Notes under the pieces: generated by a model
Databases searched by the model: none
What the model was told of the DNA's origin: nothing
The model's input: the letters and a program-made list of their open reading frames with translations, nothing else
Shown here: one piece after another, positions 1-13,029 of the stretch
Position numbering within the stretch: position 1 is the first letter of the stretch
Layout: each line of letters starts with the position of its first letter
NCBI GenBank assembly: GCA_030704615.1
Contig: CM060733.1
Span: 18,972,001 to 19,036,000, forward strand
DNA from: Takakia lepidozioides
Taxonomy: Eukaryota; Plantae; Bryophyta
Reading direction: 5' to 3'
DNA length: 64,000 bases
Position numbers and translations under genes: made by a program

Positions 1-910
1 GGGGAGGACGATTCTGGGGCCGCACTCTTTGCAACTTTGGAGCAACTGGTTGTATGACAGGAGATTGCGGGGGAGTTCTGGAGTGTGGTGGTGCAGGAGG
101 AAATCCCCCTGCTACATTGGCTGAGTTCACTCTTAATGGAGCAAACGGTGATGATTTTTACGACATTAGCTTAGTCGATGGCTACAACTTACCTCTCAGT
201 ATAACACCCAGTGGAGGAAGTGGCATGTGTGGTTCTCCTGGTTGCACTAGCAATCTCAATACCCGGTGTCCAAGCGGGTTGGAGGTGTGTCTGCCCTGTA
301 CTTTCTCTTATTGATATTCCAAGGTTGAAGGGGGACTGGGTGGTGAGAGTTGCATTCCTTCATGGCATTGCATGGCACCTCATTGTGCTTCAGACAAAAT
401 CCCTACTGCATTGTCAAATATTGTCAATGGTAGCTCTAAGGTGCATAGTGTCAGATTGAGGCAATAGTACTTCTACAGAGATCTACCTAAGTTATCCCAC
501 AAGGGGATGTTCTTCCACCCACAGCTATCTGGTTTGACAGTTGTCTTCAGAAGAAGCCCAAGGATTGTTGATTGTTCCCCTCAAGTTGGATTCCTATCTA
601 AATCTCTAGATGGACTTTGAATGTTTGCTGTGTAGCAATTCCAAGGTGCCAATTATTCTGTTTATTTGTGCAGGTTAAAGCTGGTGGCCAGGTGGTAGCC
701 TGCAAGAGTGCCTGCAGTGCTTATGGTTCATCACAGTATTGCTGTACGGGACCAAACAGCACACCTTCTACCTGTCCCCCCAACCAATATTCACGTGTTT
801 TCAAAGCAGCTTGCCCTACTGCATACAGCTATGCCTATGACGATGCGAGCAGCACTTTCACCTGCTCAGGGGCCAATTATGCCATAACCTTTTGCCCAAA
901 TGGTACCTAA
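1..910 (+). CDS. Thaumatin-like protein (PR-5), 5'-truncated; exons <1-284 and 674-910
   Basis: [39 protein letters not shown] and [39 protein letters not shown] motifs; phase-0 GT-AG intron 285-673; TAA at 908-910. Confidence 0.95.
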
Positions 911-1916
911 CTCAATACGATTGCACTATATTCTTTCCAGTCTGCATTGGTCAACCGTATCGACCGTTTACGAATATATGGTTTTAGAATATTATTATAC
1001 ATGACCCCCAAAATTGTGGGGTGTTAGACTCAAGGGTATCTCTGAATTGGATATTAAGAGCAACGAAAGCATAGTGTTTGAAGCATGTCTTGTAGTGGCG
1101 ACAGACAGACTGGCTCCAGAGTCAGAAGGATCATTGGCTAACTAGTTTTCATTATCCTAGAACTAGTTAAAGCTGGACTCTAGGATGGTTGGAGTTGGAG
1201 ATTACTGATTTCATTTCAGTTTCAAAGCAGAACTGAAAAGATCTCCAAGGGGTAGAGTTTTAGAACTTGCAGATACGTATTTTGTCTACTTAAGGCAAAT
1301 GTTTCCAAGAGTACTTTTACTATTATCCAAGATCCCTTGGGTTTCCTAAGTATAGTCATGGCCAAACTGGTTACCACTGGTCGTGAATCTGCACCAGTGG
1401 GGTGTCTGTTTGTAGTCCCAATTGTAGTTCGAATTGAATTGTAGGTCCTGTAATCGAGTTTGGGATTCTGTACCATACCTGAATCTGCAAATGTGTTGAG
1501 GGACAAGCACACATGAACTGTTCACACATGAACTACAGAACCAAATAAGTGCTTGATTTCCCTCATTGATGAGGAGCGTGGTGTGTTGGTTGGAGTGAGG
1601 TGTAGCAGTAACCAAGTGTAGGATTCTGTTGTTAGTCTGCAAAATGGGCTGAAGCATTTCCAATGATGGGACCCGATAGAGAGAGGAAGTTGAACTAATC
1701 AGAGAGAGCTGGGAAGTTGAGTTGGGTTGGAGCTGGGAATTCATCAACTAGCGCACAGTGTAGATCTACAGGGATGTGAAGTCTGTAGATGGATGACAAC
1801 TGGGTTCTCCATGCAACAAACATGACCTCATATTATAGTGACATGCTTAGGGTGAAGGAGGGAGAGAGAGAGCTAGGGAAGCAAGTGCAGACACCACCTG
1901 GTTCTGGTATCGGGCC

Positions 1917-2321
1917 ATGGCAGACGAGAAGGCAGCGGCGTTATCCGCTGCTGCTGCGAAAGCTGCTGACTCCGGAGCACCCACCATCTTCGACAAGATT
2001 CTCTCGAAGCAAATCCCTGCCAACGTTGTCTACGAGGATGACAAGGTGTTGGCCTTCCGGGACATATCCCCGCAAGCACCTGTCCACATTCTTCTCATCC
2101 CCAAAGACAGGGATGGCTTGACCCAGCTTTCTAAGGCGGAGGAGAAGCACAAGGACATACTGGGTCATCTCCTGTACGCAGCTCAAGTGGTAGCCAAGAA
2201 CGAGAAACTTTCTGATGGTTTTCGAATCGTCATCAATGATGGACCCAATGGTTGTCAGTCGGTTTATCACCTTCACCTGCACCTGATTGGCGGGAGGCAG
2301 ATGGGTTGGCCCCCTGGTTAA
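1917..2321 (+). CDS. HINT1: Histidine triad nucleotide-binding protein (HINT1-like), single exon, 134 aa
   Basis: PTIFDKI..VVYEDDKVLAFRDISPQAPVHILLIPK..GFRIVINDGPNGCQSVYHLHLHLIGGRQMGWPPG; HIT motif HxHxH; start context GCCATGG. Confidence 0.95.
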   Translation: MADEKAAALSAAAAKAADSGAPTIFDKILSKQIPANVVYEDDKVLAFRDISPQAPVHILLIPKDRDGLTQLSKAEEKHKDILGHLLYAAQVVAKNEKLSDGFRIVINDGPNGCQSVYHLHLHLIGGRQMGWPPG

Positions 2322-3628
2322 TTCACCAACCTCACCTTACAGCACTTTCTCTCTCTTTCAAATATTGAACCAAGGAACTAGATATAGCTATCATCTTGGC
2401 GTGATGGGGCCAAGTCAAGTGTTGTTTGGTGGTTGGAAGGAGACGAAGCCAGCTTTGCCAGAAAAAAAAGGGAGAAGGGGAGTGCGCAGTCGTCGTGGGA
2501 TTTCTTGTTCCTGGGCAGGAGGTTCCTGGCCGGAGCAGGACAAATTCCGACCTCGTTAGGGTTCGCTGGTCTTGTTCCTGTCGGTAAATTGGTCGATATG
2601 TCTCCCTCTACGGCAGAATAGTGCAGCCTTCACCATCAATAGACTTGTGGGAACTATATAAGCTTTTAATTTGCTAATCTGTCGTCCTATGAAGAGAGGC
2701 TGCAAGAGACGAAAATAGAGAGGGAAGCTAGAGGGGAGGGGGAAAACAGGAGGGACTACAGATAGAGGGGTGCACAATTCATTCCAAGACTCCGAGAAAA
2801 GCACATGGAAATAAGAGGCGCCCAATGCTGTTTAGAGCTACACACCTCTTAGTGTTTGCTCCAGATATGAATTGAAAGAATTTTTTCTTTTCTTCCTCAA
2901 AATGCATGCCATACATTCAGCTGAACCAAGGAAACTGAAACTTCACTGTGAGCACTTCTTCTTCATAACCCAAGCCAGGCACATGTTGGCTGTCCACAAG
3001 AAACAGACGGATATACAAGTGTATGAGTTGCTGTTCCGTTGATATGTGTGTTTCCGTCTACGTGTACTGATCTCCTTAGCAAAGCGAAGCTCTGTCATCT
3101 AGCTACAATCCCCCCTTTCTATGTGCAATACCGCAGAGGATAGGAGAATCTACGATCTGGGTCTTCACAAGCCCACAGGCTCACTGTTTGGAAGATTTCT
3201 CAAAATTAAACTTGCTATGAAATAATGAAATGATTATGAAATAATCAACGATGAAAAGAAGTATAAAATCATTCCAAGCACAAAGGAATTCCTGTTTCGA
3301 TGATTGACAGGAGAAACTCAGATAAGCATTGAGGAATGAGGATCAGTGATAGGATGATGAAATTCGAATGTGCTTTGTGAGATCCACTTGGGGATTGAAG
3401 TGTAGTGTGCAGGGGATTCCTGCAATTCTTTGAACTAGAAATCTTTCTTCCGAATTGAAGGGCTTCGGCTGCCCCTTTCGGATCTTCGAACCGAGATCAG
3501 GAGGGCCCTTCTGTTGCTCCGAGTGGAGTGACGCATCAGAGTGATAGAGATAGTAGTTTCTGTGGTGGGTTTCCCATTTGGTGGAGACTCGAGTCTTGTC
3601 TGGGAGGGGTGAAATTGGTGCACGAAAT

Positions 3629-6600
3629 ATGGCAGCTCTGAGCGGGCAAGGCTCTCCGTGGTATGTTCTCGTTCAGCCAGGCATGTCCAGCTGACTTGGC
3701 CGGGAGATTTATTTGGCATGTTTTCTCTTATCGAAAATCCTTGGCATGGAAAATGTTTTTCGTATTCCGTCTTTTGTGTGCAACCTTCCGGCATCACAGA
3801 GCCTTCATTGCTCTGGGATTGATTTTTATAGGCCAAAGTTTCTCTCAAAGATAGGGGTGTCTCTTGCCCCCCTTCTATGAAATTCTCCTGTTGAGATCCT
3901 CTATCTTATGGCCCGCCACGGGCATTGCGAATGTCCACCTCTGAAATGGATAATGTGCTCTTCGCAGGGACTTAGGGAGAGCTGAATCAAAGGTGTGCAA
4001 TGGCAGGATGGCTGGGCCAACTTGCTATTGGCCAGGCCCGCCACGTATAGAATTTACAGGATCAACGGCAGGAAGCTGCAAATCGATAGTTGAAAACAGT
4101 TGGAGTGACGGAGTTCTGCAGAGGACCCTTCGAGAGGCTTTGTTTGCTAAAGCGAGACGTGTATCTACTGATGTGAATCCTGACGATTATGGAACAGAAG
4201 AAGATAGGCGTCACGTTGAAAGAGTAGGCCTCTTCCACTCATACATTTAATGAGACTTGACAGAATTCAGCATTTCTGGGTCCTCGACAGATAGAGAGAT
4301 GCATCAACATGATTTTAGTCTTAATGTGGTCAAGCATGAAGTGGTTATCTGTTATGAGTCTTGGAGTTATTCTGTTGATCAATCAATTTTTTTCAAGTAT
4401 AGATAAGATTGCTTATATAGTACATACAGAGACAATGGAAGCGGAGAGAGGGTTGAGGACGATTACCCTCCTGGCCAGGGAAAGCAGCTCTTATCTACAA
4501 TGGCTTCGTCCGGGGTCTTCTCTTTCTTGAGGACAATGGGGATGATAGAGTAGCACTGCATAGGATTTCATTGACAATTATGTGTGACATTGTGAGACAG
4601 TGTTTCGTTGCCACGTGCTAAGGAAACTAGAAGGGGCACAAACGTCGGTTGTGGTGGCAAAGTCTTCTTTCTCTCTTGATCTGATGTCTATGGTGATAGT
4701 GGCTTGGTGGGGATGGCAGCATAAAGCGCTGGAAGCAGCAATGACTGATATTAATGGCACTTTTGGCAAAGGGAGTGTTACCAGGCTTGGCAGTGCAGGT
4801 GGAGCCATTGTGTAGGTTATTGTTGTCTTCCATGCCTCACATCCTTCTTTTCTTCTATTTTCTTTTTTTGCAGATGTCATACTTGGGAGGCATAGATGTA
4901 GAACATGTGTTATAACCTACAAGTATCAAACAAGCAGTATGTCATCTTGAAAGGACAACAAATGGATCTCCAGGCCTTGGGGTTTAGTGGATAGCAATAA
5001 GGGTTGAACTGTTGTTATTAACTTTGAATATTAATTAAACCGCTCAAATTATTAACCACATCTACTTGCTTGTTCTGAGTCTTTGGGTGATTCGCCATCT
5101 TACACACATTGCTGGTGGAAAATGTAGGGAGACTTTCTCTACTGGATGCCTCACACTCGACTATGCCCTAGGTGGGGGTCTGCCCAAAGGGCGTATTGTG
5201 GAGGTGTGTGTCCCCCATTTCTTCCAATAGTTGAATGCTTTTTTCAAGAAACCCCATACATTGTGTCTGTTAACATCTTCGACTACCGTGATCACGGTCA
5301 TTGTAGTTGTCAGTCTATACATGTGCATCTCCAGTTATGAACTTGGATCCAGTTTATTTTAAAATGACAACGCCTTTTATGTCTATCTAGATAGGGCAGT
5401 GGTTGTAGTTGTAAGAATGCACTGCCTCAATGCAACCCTGGTGAAAGTCGCTGAAAATGGTGTTACTCACTGGTTTCCCACTTTGTCCTGTACATGCCCT
5501 TCACTTTTAGAGTGGTGAAGGTACAGATATGTTTTTCTTTCTGGATCAATTTTGTGCTGAAGGCTTTTCTTCATCCCTTTACTGATGTATAAAGCTTGTT
5601 CTTGACAGATCTTTGGTCCAGAGAGTAGCGGCAAGACAACATTGGCACTCCATGCCATTGCAGAAATCCAGGTGTGTCTTTCTGTGTAGCTAGCTGCTGT
5701 CTGGCACCTGGTCTCTGAGGATTGTAGAGAACTGAGTTTGTGGATTGTGGCAGCTTGCAACCTATTGTACTTGTTAGGAGCTTAAGCTCCAGGGGACCTA
5801 TTTGCTGCTTAGGAGGCTCTAACCCAGTGGGATTGGCAAGCAGAGCCAAGGGGGCAATGCAATGTTGGTAGACGCGGAGCACTGCTTTGATCCATACTAC
5901 TCAAAGGCCTTGGGCGTTGATGTGGAGAATTTGATTGTGTGTCAACCCGACAATGGGGAAATGGCTCTTGAGAGTATGCCCCTTCCCTGATACAGCTCAG
6001 GCATCATAAGCTGTTAAGACGAGGGCTCTTGTGGTGTTGGAAAACTTCCTTTCAACGATGTTTCTTGGTCTGGGTCGTGAAAATCTACTGACGCTTTATT
6101 TCTCAGCCGCTGACCGGATGTGCAGATCTGGTGCTGTGGACATAATCTGCATTGACTCTGTCTCTGCACTCACTCCACGTGCTGAGATCGAGGTATTCTC
6201 TTTGGGTTCCTTTAACTATACTCTCCTTTGAAACACTGTTAAGGGGTACAAAGGTGGGGGATATGTCAAATTATTAGGGCGGCTGAGACAACTGACGTAG
6301 TGGTGAGTGTATCAGGAATCTCTCCACCCAACTTCTCACTGTCACATCGATTCATGGATTGCAGGGAGAAATTGGGATGCAGCAGATGGGGCTTCAGGCA
6401 CGGCTTATGAGCCAAGCCCTCCGCAAGATGTCTGCCAATGCTGCACGAGCTGGTTGCACTCTGATCTTCATCAATCAAATTCGATACAAGGTCAGTTACT
6501 TTCAGGGTATATATTTTGGATAATTGGCAGACTGGTAGGAAATAGGGCCTCTGAAGATGTGTATATGAAACACAAGAAGCTCCTTGCCACAATTCACCTG

Positions 6601-8557
6601 GTCGTAATCCTAATGCTCCTATTGCTGGTTTTTTAGCTTTTACCTACTGGATGACAGAAGTGTCTTTGGTCAGTTACAGTTTAAATCCTAATGTCATTGG
6701 GGATGCAGATGAGTATCAGTTGGTGGTGCCACTCACATTGGCCCACCAACAATCATCCAATCCAAAAATGTTGTTGTCAAGCTGCCAATGCTGCCTCACT
6801 AAAATGATTCTTGGTGTATTGTGTATTCTGGACAGATTGCTGTCATGTATGGAAACCCTGAGGTCACTAGTGGAGGTTTAGCACTCAAATTCTTTGCCTC
6901 TCTTCGGTTGGACATTCGGAGCATTGGCAAGATTAAGTCGGTAAGTCCTGTTACGTATTTGCAAATCGATCTTGTTCTACTTACAGCTCAAACAGTGCAA
7001 TTTTTTATTTGGGCTGACCGCAGGAGTGTAGCGTTGGGGGTTGGGTGGATGTCTGGGCAGCCAAAGGGAGAGGATAATATAGGTATTCGGGCTCGTGTGC
7101 GGGTCCAGAAGAGCAAGGTAGTCCTCTGCCGTACCATGTACTACAGCACATCAGAGCAAATGGACCTTGATACTGTAGCTTCTGACAAAGGAAGGGCTTC
7201 TTGCTTACACAGTGTTGTCAAAGGAAAAGTTCTGGTTTGTTCCATGCAGAAGATGTAGTTACCTGTCATGTCTTTTAAACTGCTGTCTTTAAAATGCTGG
7301 TAGGGATGGGATGGGTCAGGTATCCAGACCATATAAGGTAGCAGAGTTTGACATTATCTTTGGAGAAGGCATTTGCAAACTGGTAAGACGAAGTCCTTAT
7401 ATTTCTACTTTTCCGTTATGCTGGTTTCTGTCTATTTGTATTTTCATGCCATCTTGCAACTATTGACTGTGATATGTACAGGGGTGTACCCTTGATTGCT
7501 CAGAGGCTGTTGGTGTAGTGGTGCGGAAAGGTGCATGGTATAGCTTTGGAGACACCAGGTAACTCCTGTTTTTAGCCATCTGACCTCCAGTGGTACATTT
7601 TTGTGTATCACTGGGATACATTCTATGTAGGTCAAGGTGTGAACTCATATGTAGGTGCAGGACCTTCAAGTGTCTTTGGGTAGGTGAGGTGGGATGTTTT
7701 AGTTTGTTTTTTGGGACCAAACATTAGAAGAGGAGGGTGTGAGGTGGTAGATATTCATACACTAACATGAAAGGGCTCGCGTAGTCAGAACAGGAACAAG
7801 AGAGAGGAATAAGAAAAAAGAAGTAATATGTCCACAGGAGGCCAGACATAGAATGAAGAATGGAACTTATTATACCATTGGAAAGAAGGACTTTGTGGGG
7901 AGGGGGGCGTTGCAATCTTGAGTTTATTTGAATACATAATTAAGGGAGGACCTGGGTTCATGGGGTTGTTAACTGCAGATTGGGCCAAGGCCGAGACAAC
8001 GTTTTGCAGTTCTTACGGGAATATCCTGCAGTATTTTCTGACATTGACAAGGTATTCTCTTTCTTGTAACTGCGATCGAAGGTGTAGTTACATTTTGAGG
8101 TGGTTGAAGCAGAAGGATGCTTGTTTCGAAAGGAATTTTGGGGACAGTACAGAATCTCGTAGCTGTATATCCAGTCCTTCCTTTAACTAGGGCTCTTACT
8201 CCAACTATATGGAATTAGGTTCCTCTCTCGTGTGTGGGGGTAGCTCATTGTTAGATTAGAATGAAAACCAGTCTTCAATGTTAGTAGGTCATAGTTAGTC
8301 ATAATGTATGAATGCGTGGCTTAATTGATGAAGCAAGTGGCAGGCTCCACAGCTACAGCAGTTTACCCTTGTGCTCACAAGCATGAAACATTTGCAGTCA
8401 GTGTCCTGAAGTTCTTACTATGGTTCTTCTTGGCTAGATGGTACGGGCAAAGATTGCAGAGGAGTTACTTTCAAGGAAGGATGATACCAATGGGATGGTT
8501 ACTGCAGGGCTCGATGATGACATGCTTAGTGAAGAGAGCCTTGGGGAGATAGAGTAA
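3629..8557 (+). CDS. RECA1: Plastid-type RecA recombinase, 14 coding exons, about 451 aa: 3629-3660, 3968-4223, 4720-4811, 5128-5203, 5609-5671, 5844-5973, 6107-6192, 6365-6490, 6836-6940, 7061-7117, 7320-7382, 7482-7558, 7979-8051, 8438-8557
   Basis: Manually spliced with all GT-AG introns and frame preserved: [53 protein letters not shown] (Walker A), [41 protein letters not shown], acidic tail. The N-terminal extension is consistent with a transit peptide; the first two exons are less certain. Confidence 0.93.
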
Positions 8558-9272
8558 GATTTTGCTTAGCTGGAAATGTCTAGTTCAGCCAAAGGCTTTT
8601 AGAAAACATGTTCGTTGCAGATTGTTTTTAACTGGCTTCATTGCTGGCTTGTTGTTCTTCGAAGTAACCAATGTGTCAAATTTTCTCAATGTTTGGGTTT
8701 CCCTCTCAGGACTGGATTTTTCATTAGGCATGCATGGGGTGTAGACTTCACAATTGCACCCACACAATTGAGGGTGATGGTGAGCGGATGCTTTGTTAAC
8801 AAAGTTTGAGGGTCTGCTTAATCGCAGAAAGAGAGTAAGACCCATGATACTGTGCCAAATCAATATGTGGCAACTATTACCGTGTGTGTAGATCACCTGT
8901 TTTGGAATGTCTCTGTAGTACATATTGCAAAGAGCTGATGGTATTGCAAAACTGCAAAACTGTACACTAACAGGGTGGGAACCAAGTGCTTCATTTCATA
9001 AGGCCGAAGCCTTTCCAATGTGTCATACTTGCTGTACCAATAGGTAATACAGTTCAATAGTTGTATGAAATGAGAGCATGAAGAAAGACCCATCCAACTC
9101 AAGCCCTTCAAACACTTCACAAGTTTGCAGTCTTCTCTTCCTGACATGCCGGTATAACTCCACTGCATTTTGCTTACAAGTGAATGCTACATCGTTTACT
9201 GGTACTGAACTGAAGGAGTGAACACTGTTTTGAATATGGGTTAGTGTCCGTTGGAGGATGCTTGTTGACACA

Positions 9273-12110
9273 TTTGTTTTTGTTTTTGTTTTTGTTTGTT
9301 TTTTAAACAGGGAACAGAGGCCCTGGAAAATTTATTTAAGGGGCAAACAGTACAAAAGAGGGAGGAAAAAATAACCTCCCAGGGGACCGTAAAGGCGTAT
9401 CGCACGGGGAACACCCAGCACTAAGAGGGAGGGGGAGGGGAACAGCAGAAGTTTTAGCCTAAGCAGGAGACGGCCTAAGCAAAGAGAGGAGGTGAGAAAA
9501 AATGGCTGCAGCTTAAAAGGATCCAGGGAGAGCTAGGACACAAGCAGCCTTGTGATAAGGATTGATCAGATAAAGGGGGCCTGAAACAGTTTGAGGCCTC
9601 GTAACTACGAAATCGAAGCCCGAAGTCCAACTGTACTTTGGATTTGGCAGCTCAGCTGAGATGCTTCCAGTTGACGTCAATGCCCTCCGAATCAGTTGGC
9701 AATTTGCTATTCCCGGGGGATTGCATCATGCCAAGTGACTCGAGAGTCAGAGACCCTCATGCAGAGGAGGCCGCCCTTGGCCTAGGTGAGGTCGAACTCC
9801 GCAAATAGTTGTTGACGCCTCCTTTCGCTGCACCTGTCTGAAGATGCAAGCAGGGACACCCATGCCTTGCGCCCCTCAGTCATCAAATCAGAGAATAACT
9901 TGAAAAGTATTAATCTGATGCTGGGTTGCTGCCATCTCCTTTGGAGAGGAAGTAGAGGACCCATCCAATTTTCTAGGCGAAGCAATGGATGAGGCCATCC
10001 GCCTTTGCTTGGCTTTGATGAAAAAAAATCTGTTCATTTTTTCCCCTTCAAAGACCAGTTTACCCCAGCTTTAAGCCTCATAGCATTCTCTTTTTCTTGC
10101 TTGAAAAAGAGAATGAGAATGCTAAGGCCTTCATCTTTGTTTTCCAAAAGTTGTTGGCAAAGATGGAGGCACTTGAGCATGTTTTTTTCCTTTTGAGAAG
10201 TAGCCAATGCAAGTGCCTTAGAGAGTTCCTGAGCTCTAAGCGGAGTGGCCTCCAACTTAGCAAGAAATTTTAGAGCAGACTCAAAATGATTCCCAGATGA
10301 GGACCACACGTGAGCTAGACCATTGACCATGGACTGCGATTTTAAAAGGGAGGGATTTAACTTGAAGTAACTTCTTCCTTTGGGCCTAGAACCAGGAACA
10401 GTGAAGAGGGTTCTGCATAATCAAAATCCGGAAGCACTGGGCCAAGAGGGTTCGCCTGGGCCCAAGAGATGATTCCGTTAGTGCTAGCCTAGCCATGATC
10501 AGATCCGGGGGTGCTCTGCAGTTAGAAACGGAGGTCATTATCTCCTGGAATGGAAATGTCAACAAACCCACCTGAGAGGCAGAGGGCTTCCCACACATTC
10601 AACTCGTGGGGGGCGAGGTAGGAGGTACCTGAGTCCAACCTATCCTGAGCCCTATTTGTCATATTGAAATCACCTCCCAGGATCCATTGATCAATATCGG
10701 GGTGGCTCAAGATCTTAGAATGCAAAAACTTCCAAAAAGCTATCCTGTCAGCAATAGCATTTGGGGCATAAACATTTATGAAACCGATTGCATCCTAGAC
10801 TAGGAATTGAGAGAAGGCCGAATTGGGCTCTGCCAATCATCCAAGTATCCACGCCAAAGATGTAATTGGCCAGATTCGGGGAGACCAAAACAACTATGCC
10901 ACCTCTTGAGTCGGCCACTCTTCTATTCCACCATGCAAGATTAGCATGCCACAATAAATGTCCAATAAATGCGATCTTGGAATCATTCAGCTTATGTTCC
11001 TGCAAAAAGATAATTGAAGTTACCATGCCCTTGATATTCCACGACCTAATGTTAAAAACATTAATAGGAAGGAAAGGGCTCCAGAGCATTTCTCGAAATG
11101 ATAGCCTTGGAGATGAAAAGGAAGACAGTTCTTCTATCATTTGGAGGAAGAGAGGAGATCCAGCAGAAGCCCGGAGGAGGAGGTGTGGTAGATGAGAGGT
11201 GAATAATACCAACTGGAGTGCTCCCTTTAGCTCTCTTTTTCTTCTCTTGGACCAAGGTAGCAAACTGGGTTTTTTCCTCGTTATGACTGAACATCCACGG
11301 GTGATGTTTTGAAAACCCAACTTGTTAGCGAAGCTATAGAGAAGTCCTTCAGAAAGGTAGTCTTGAGTAGAACTGAGAACGAGATGGGGTAAAAGCTTAC
11401 CTAGGGGTGCCACTGTAGTACCAACATCTGGCATCTTCTAGGCAGAAAGGAGGAAGTACAGCAAATGAGCAGGGGGCAGGTTAGTAAGCGGATGTTACCA
11501 AGGAAGAAACTCCTGCGAGGGTGGAGGGCGAGGGGGCGGATAGAGAGGTGGGAGTCGCTTTCATCGAAGAGCTGGCGTATGACTGGAACCCTACTACAGC
11601 TTCCTTGTGCGTGTTGGGCGACGGCGCACGTGTTGGCGCTGGAGCGATTGCGAGACCCAGAATGACATTCGCCAAGATGAAGCCAGCATTGAGGGCCTTG
11701 ATACTTCGAGGGAAGTCTCCAGAGGAGGGGAAGCCACTGTCGGGCTGAGCTCCATCCGAGGTTCTATCAGATAAGGATTGATTGGTGATCCAAGAGTAGG
11801 AGTTGGCTCTGGCTTTTCCACCCACAATATTTCCCACCTGAAAGCGAGCAGAACATGCACAGATGAAGCGGATTCAAACTCATTGGTGTTGTCCCAGAAG
11901 GCACCGAAGTGCAGTGTCGTTTCGTTTGAAAGCTGGAACTGGAAGGGCTCCTCCGCGAAAAGGGTGCCCACCAGTTCGAGACACAGCTCCACTGCCTTGT
12001 TATCAGAGTAATAGGTAGCATTAATCCAAGAACCTGCTAAGCCCTCCCAACCGTTAGGAAGCATAATGGAAGGCGGGAGCCCGGGGAAGTCCCTGCCTAT
12101 CACTTGTGTA
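9273..12110 (-). mobile_element. Decayed, internally deleted L1-type LINE (ORF1-like region, APE endonuclease, ORF2 3' end, A-rich tail)
   Basis: Minus-strand fragments SWNIKG..IIFLQEHKL..GGIVVLVS..WILGGDFNM..YFKLNPSLL (EEP endonuclease) with frameshifts; (TTTTTG)n tract at 9273-9304 reads as an A-rich 3' tail; no RT motifs seen. Confidence 0.75.
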
Positions 12111-12423
12111 GGGCGCGTGAGATAAATGGGTATTTTGTAAGGGGGTATTCTTTTTACTTTGGGTATTTTTTAGTACCCTATAATTACATAATTTTATAAT
12201 ATGACAAATTTTTGGCATGATATTTTAATTATAATTTTTTGTTTCAAACAAATATTTGACACCCTATATTAATAATACAATTAAAAAAAATTCTTACAAG
12301 ACAAATGAATTTATTATTTGGTTGAAATAAATTTATTTAAAGCATTCGCATCATTCGAAGTATAAATGTTTTCCCCTCTATCGAATGTATAGTGACTGAA
12401 CTGCTAACGAGTTTACATCTATC

Positions 12424-12613
12424 CACTTGTTGTCAGTATGATCATATTTGAATTTAAATTGTCCTCTAGATTTTGAGAAGTAGTTTAATAACACAATAAC
12501 TGATGTGGTTGGTCTATTCACTTGTTGTCAGTATGATCATATTTGAATTTAAATTGTCCTCTAAATTTTGAGAAGTAGTTTAATAACACGATAACAGGTG
12601 TGGTTGGTCTATT
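12424..12613. repeat. Tandem duplication, 2 x ~95 bp, within an AT-rich block
   Basis: CACTTGTTGTCAGTATGATCATATTTGAATTTAAATTGTCCTCTA...GTGGTTGGTCTATT occurs at 12424 and 12519. Confidence 0.85.
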
Positions 12614-13029
12614 TAGGAGATCAATAGTCGCGATATCCCCCACCTGCTCCCTACCTTCTTTCTCATTGTGCACAAGGGGGGGAGTGAGCTTAGTGCATGA
12701 GGCGGGAAAAAAAAAAAAAAAAAAAAAAAAAAGAACGTAAAAGAGGTTTGATCTCACGATGATGCGGCTGCCAGGTACTAGTAAGCTACATACAAATATC
12801 TATATCCTTCCCCTAAGAACATGTATATAATTTTGTGGAATTTTTCATTAGGTATTATCTCAACCATATAATAATTTTAAAATAAATAAAATAAGTCATT
12901 ATTTTAGACCCTATATTAATTTAAATTCCTTGATCACAATCATAATATAATGTACCCTTTATTATTTTTAAATGTTTTCTAATTTTCATCTTTTCTCAAT
13001 AAATTGCACCCTATATTTTTTTGCACGAG

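Noticed and set aside
3629-8557. RecA as bacterial contamination or recent HGT
   Set aside because: Thirteen spliceosomal introns, an N-terminal extension and plant plastid RecA motifs
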